A stretch of DNA of 64,000 nt, from assembly GCA_963805085.1 (NCBI GenBank), contig CAWDTA010000005.1, positions 576,001 through 640,000 on the forward strand, in the 5' to 3' direction. The stretch is from an uncultured Veillonellaceae bacterium. Its GTDB lineage: Bacteria; Bacillota; Negativicutes; JARBTT01. Of this stretch, positions 60,410-64,000 are shown in pieces. Under the pieces are notes generated by a model. That model searched no databases. It saw only the letters and a list, made by a program, of their open reading frames with translations, and had not been told where the DNA came from. Numbering within the stretch: position 1 is the first letter of the stretch; each line of letters begins with the position of its first letter. Position numbers and translations under genes: made by a program.

Positions 60410-62890
60410 ATGAACGAAAGATATTCACCTCAAGAAATCGAAAGCAAATGGCAAGAAAAATGGCTGCAAGATGGTGCTTTTAAAACGGAATTGGACAGAA
60501 ATAAACCAGAATACTATGTACTTGAAATGTTTCCTTATCCATCCGGTAATTTACATATGGGACATGTTCGTAATTATTCCATCGGGGATGTCATTGCTCG
60601 TTATAAAGTAATGCAAGGCTATAATGTACTTCATCCGATGGGGTTTGATGCCTTTGGTATGCCAGCAGAGAATGCGGCGATCAAACATGGTGTACAACCT
60701 GCAGATTGGACGTTTTCCAATATCGAAAACATGAAACGCCAACAACGGGAAATTGGTTTATCTTATGATTGGGAACGGGAAGTTGCAACTTGCACACCAG
60801 AATACTATCGTTGGACACAATGGTTGTTCCTATTATTTTATGAACGTGGTTTAGCCTATAAGAAAAAAGCATCAGTAAACTGGTGTAATCAATGTAATAC
60901 TGTACTTGCCAATGAACAAGTAATTGATGGTCATTGCTGGCGGTGTGATTCTGACGTTATAAAAAAAGATCTGGAACAATGGTTCTTCAAAATTACAGAT
61001 TACGCAGATATTTTATTAGAAGATTTAAAAGAACTAAAAGGGTGGCCTGACCGCGTAAAAACAATGCAGGAAAACTGGATTGGTCGTAGCCAAGGTGCAG
61101 AATTTAGTTTTGATGTACCTGAAGTTGGGGAGAAAATTCCTGTTTATACAACTTGTCAACATACTGTATTTGGTGTGAGTTACGTTGTGCTTGCAGCTGA
61201 ACATCCATTAGTGGAAAAATTAATTGCAGGCAAAGACAACGCTGATGAAGTTCGTGCTTTTGTTGAAAGAGTTCGTAATCAAAGTGAGCTTGATCGTACA
61301 TCCAGTGAAACTGAAAAAGAAGGTATTTTTACTGGCACTTATGCCGTGAATCCGTTTAATGGAGAGCAAGTGCCAATCTGGATTGCAAACTATGTATTAT
61401 TTGAATATGGTACAGGCGCGGTTATGGGGGTTCCTACCCATGATGAACGCGACTGGGCGTTTGCGGATAAATATAATTTACCGAAAAAATTAGTTGTTAA
61501 CAATAAAGAAGGCAGTTTAGACCTTTCTACAATGACAGAAGCTTATACGGAAACTGGCGTTTTAGTGAACTCCGATCAATTCACTGGTATGGATACAGAA
61601 AAAGCGAAAATTGCAATTCTAGAATGGTTAGATGAAAAAGAGATTGGTCAAAAACGTGTGAATTATCGCCTACGTGATTGGTTGGTATCGCGTCAACGGT
61701 ATTGGGGCGCACCTATTCCAGTGATGTATTGTCCTAGATGTGGTGTCGTGCCAGTCGCGCAAGAAGACTTACCAGTTATGTTACCGAAAAATGTAGAATT
61801 TAAAGCTGGCGCAGTATCTCCACTTGCCCAAGTTGAAGAATTTGTAAACTGTACGTGTCCGAAATGTGGCGGTAAAGCACGTCGTGAAACAGATACGATG
61901 GATACTTTTATCTGTTCTTCTTGGTACTATATGCGCTATACTGATACTAAGAATGCAAAAGCACCATTTGATAGCGAAAAAGCAAACTATTGGATGCCAG
62001 TAGATCAATATATCGGTGGTATTGAGCATGCGATTCTTCACTTATTATATTCGCGCTTTTTTACCAAAGTGCTGAAAGATGCTGGACTAGTAAATTTCAA
62101 TGAACCATTTAAAAATTTATTAACGCAAGGCATGGTTATTAAAGATGGTTCTAAAATGTCTAAATCTAAGGGGAACGTTGTATCCCCAGAAGAAATCATC
62201 AGCAAATATGGCGCAGATACCGCTCGTTTATTTATCCTATTTGCCGCTCCACCAGAGCGTGACCTCGAATGGAGTGACCAAGGAGTAGAGGGTGCGTTCC
62301 GTTTCTTGGGCAGAGTATGGCGTATTATTCATCATTTCGTTGATGTCGTTGCCAAAGGTGAAGATAACTATGATATCAATGCGCTTACCAAGGAAGAAAA
62401 AGAATTGAGACGTATTCTTCATACTACGATTAAAAAAGTAACAGAAGATATCGGCAACAGATTTAACTTTAATACGGCAATCAGCTCGATTATGGAATTG
62501 GTTAATGCGTTCTATACGGCAAAAGATAAACGAGAAGAGTTAAATGCAGGTCTTGTTCGTGAAGTAGTCTCTGCATTATTAAAACTTCTTGCACCATTTG
62601 CGCCGCATATGACCGAGGAACTTTGGACTGAACTCTTTGGGCAAGGTAGTGTCCACAAAAGCAAATGGCCTGAATACAGCGCCGAAGCAATGGCTCTTGA
62701 CGAAGTAGAAGTTGTTCTTCAAGTGAATGGTAAAGTTCGTGAAAAAATTGTGGTAGCAACTAGTTTAACAGCAAAAGAATTAGAAATGGCAGCAATGGAA
62801 CAACCAAAAATAAAAGAATTTATTGAAGGTAAAACAATTGTAAAAGTAATTTGTGTGCCGAAAAAATTAGTTAATATTGTGGTAAAATAA
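60410..62890 (+). CDS. leuS: Leucine-tRNA ligase
   Basis: [40 protein letters not shown]. Confidence 0.98.
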   Translation: MNERYSPQEIESKWQEKWLQDGAFKTELDRNKPEYYVLEMFPYPSGNLHMGHVRNYSIGDVIARYKVMQGYNVLHPMGFDAFGMPAENAAIKHGVQPADWTFSNIENMKRQQREIGLSYDWEREVATCTPEYYRWTQWLFLLFYERGLAYKKKASVNWCNQCNTVLANEQVIDGHCWRCDSDVIKKDLEQWFFKITDYADILLEDLKELKGWPDRVKTMQENWIGRSQGAEFSFDVPEVGEKIPVYTTCQHTVFGVSYVVLAAEHPLVEKLIAGKDNADEVRAFVERVRNQSELDRTSSETEKEGIFTGTYAVNPFNGEQVPIWIANYVLFEYGTGAVMGVPTHDERDWAFADKYNLPKKLVVNNKEGSLDLSTMTEAYTETGVLVNSDQFTGMDTEKAKIAILEWLDEKEIGQKRVNYRLRDWLVSRQRYWGAPIPVMYCPRCGVVPVAQEDLPVMLPKNVEFKAGAVSPLAQVEEFVNCTCPKCGGKARRETDTMDTFICSSWYYMRYTDTKNAKAPFDSEKANYWMPVDQYIGGIEHAILHLLYSRFFTKVLKDAGLVNFNEPFKNLLTQGMVIKDGSKMSKSKGNVVSPEEIISKYGADTARLFILFAAPPERDLEWSDQGVEGAFRFLGRVWRIIHHFVDVVAKGEDNYDINALTKEEKELRRILHTTIKKVTEDIGNRFNFNTAISSIMELVNAFYTAKDKREELNAGLVREVVSALLKLLAPFAPHMTEELWTELFGQGSVHKSKWPEYSAEAMALDEVEVVLQVNGKVREKIVVATSLTAKELEMAAMEQPKIKEFIEGKTIVKVICVPKKLVNIVVK

Positions 62891-62907
62891 TATAGCGTAA
62901 GTTTTTT

Positions 62908-62938
62908 ACGAAGCAGACCCAAGGGTTTGCTTCGTTTT
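62908..62938 (+). terminator. Terminator after leuS
   Basis: ACGAAGCAGACCC/GGGTTTGCTTCGT plus T run. Confidence 0.8.
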
Positions 62939-63042
62939 ATGCGTATCCTTAAAGTAGCAAGAGTTTTATTTTAGGGATTGTACAAATTTCTTTAGATTGT
63001 GTATTATAAAAGGTAGAGAGAGAAATTAAGGAGGCTTATCAA

Positions 63043-64000
63043 TTGAGTACAATAGACACAAAATCAGTAAATGCGATTCGAATCCTAGCTGCCGATGCAG
63101 TACAAAAAGCAAATTCAGGACATCCAGGATTACCTCTTGGCAGTGCAGCAATGGCCTATGAATTATGGGCAAAACACATGAAGCACAACCCTAAAAATCC
63201 AAAATGGGCCAACAGAGACCGTTTCGTTCTTTCTGGTGGTCATGGATCAACCCTTTTATATTCCCTACTACATTTATTCGGCTACGGTAACTTATCCGTA
63301 GAAGACTTAGCACAGTTTAGACAAGAAGGTTCCCTAACCCCAGGTCATCCAGAATACGGTCACACCGTTGGTATCGAAGCAACCACCGGCCCTCTAGGCG
63401 CAGGTATGGGCATGGCAGTCGGGATGGCAATGGCAGAAGCACATCTATCCGCTGTATTCAACAAACCAGAATATCCTGTAGTCGACCACTATACATACGC
63501 ATTGGGTGGCGATGGCTGCATGATGGAAGGTATTTCATCCGAAGCCTTCTCACTTGCCGGAACACTAGCATTAGATAAACTCATCGTACTATACGATAGC
63601 AATAAAATCTCCATCGAAGGCAGTACCGAACTTGCTTTCACCGAAGACGTAGGCAAAAGAATGGAAGCCTTCGGATTCCAAATCCTAACCGTAGAAGACG
63701 GTAACGACCTAGTCGAAATCGGTAAAGCAATTGAGGCCGCAAAAGCAGAAAAAACAAAACCATCCTTCATTATCGTCAATACACAAATCGGCTACGGCTG
63801 CCCAGCAAAACAAGGCAAAGCCAGCGCACATGGCGAACCACTAGGCGCTGACAACGTAACAGCACTTAAAGAAAACCTCGGTTGGGACAAACAAGATGCA
63901 TTCTACGTACCAGACGAAGTATATAAAAACTACAAACAAATTGCTGAACAAAATGCAAAAGTAGAAGAAGAATGGAATGCTCTATTTACAAACTACGCAA
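63043..64000 (+). CDS. tkt: Transketolase, N-terminal part (runs off the window; absent from ORF track)
   Basis: AAGGAGG RBS, TTG start; DAVQKANSGHPG, RDRFVLSGGHGS, TPGHPE, TTGPLG, GDGCMMEG. Confidence 0.95.
   Translation, partial: MSTIDTKSVNAIRILAADAVQKANSGHPGLPLGSAAMAYELWAKHMKHNPKNPKWANRDRFVLSGGHGSTLLYSLLHLFGYGNLSVEDLAQFRQEGSLTPGHPEYGHTVGIEATTGPLGAGMGMAVGMAMAEAHLSAVFNKPEYPVVDHYTYALGGDGCMMEGISSEAFSLAGTLALDKLIVLYDSNKISIEGSTELAFTEDVGKRMEAFGFQILTVEDGNDLVEIGKAIEAAKAEKTKPSFIIVNTQIGYGCPAKQGKASAHGEPLGADNVTALKENLGWDKQDAFYVPDEVYKNYKQIAEQNAKVEEEWNALFTNYA

Overview
Low-GC chromosomal backbone, almost all on the + strand. It most likely comes from a diderm, spore-forming Firmicute (Negativicutes-like): an O-antigen-ligase-family gene sits alongside spoIVFA/B-like and Spo0B-like genes and the succinate-propionate pathway. 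Gene order: 3' end of a non-classical SdhABE/MfrABE-type succinate:quinone oxidoreductase; polyprenyl synthase, tatA-tatA-tatC, UbiD- and UbiA-family genes; folD-fhs-metF; nfnAB; exonuclease, DUF523 protein, tRNA-Leu; T-box-valS-folC; rex; methylmalonyl-CoA operon (CoA-transferase, split mutase, meaB, epimerase, mmdA/E/C, but no mmdB/D); maf-radC-mreBCD-mrdA-minCDE-rodA; spoIVFA/B-like pair; radical SAM pair plus rng; rplU-prp-rpmA-spo0B-like-obg-yhbY; proBA; nadD-RRM-yqeK-LCP-rsfS-cvfB; cheV; three tRNAs on the - strand; glpP, lgt; T-box-leuS; start of tkt. I saw no CRISPR array, IS element, integrase or prophage. Best leads: a possible Tat-exported fumarate reductase/menaquinone module, a pump-less Mmd cluster, an LCP protein with substituted catalytic arginines, nine SigH-like promoters, an unusual LeuRS editing motif, two small ORFs missing from the ORF track, and an abrupt codon-composition shift in tkt. 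All family calls are by motif recognition; no searches were run.
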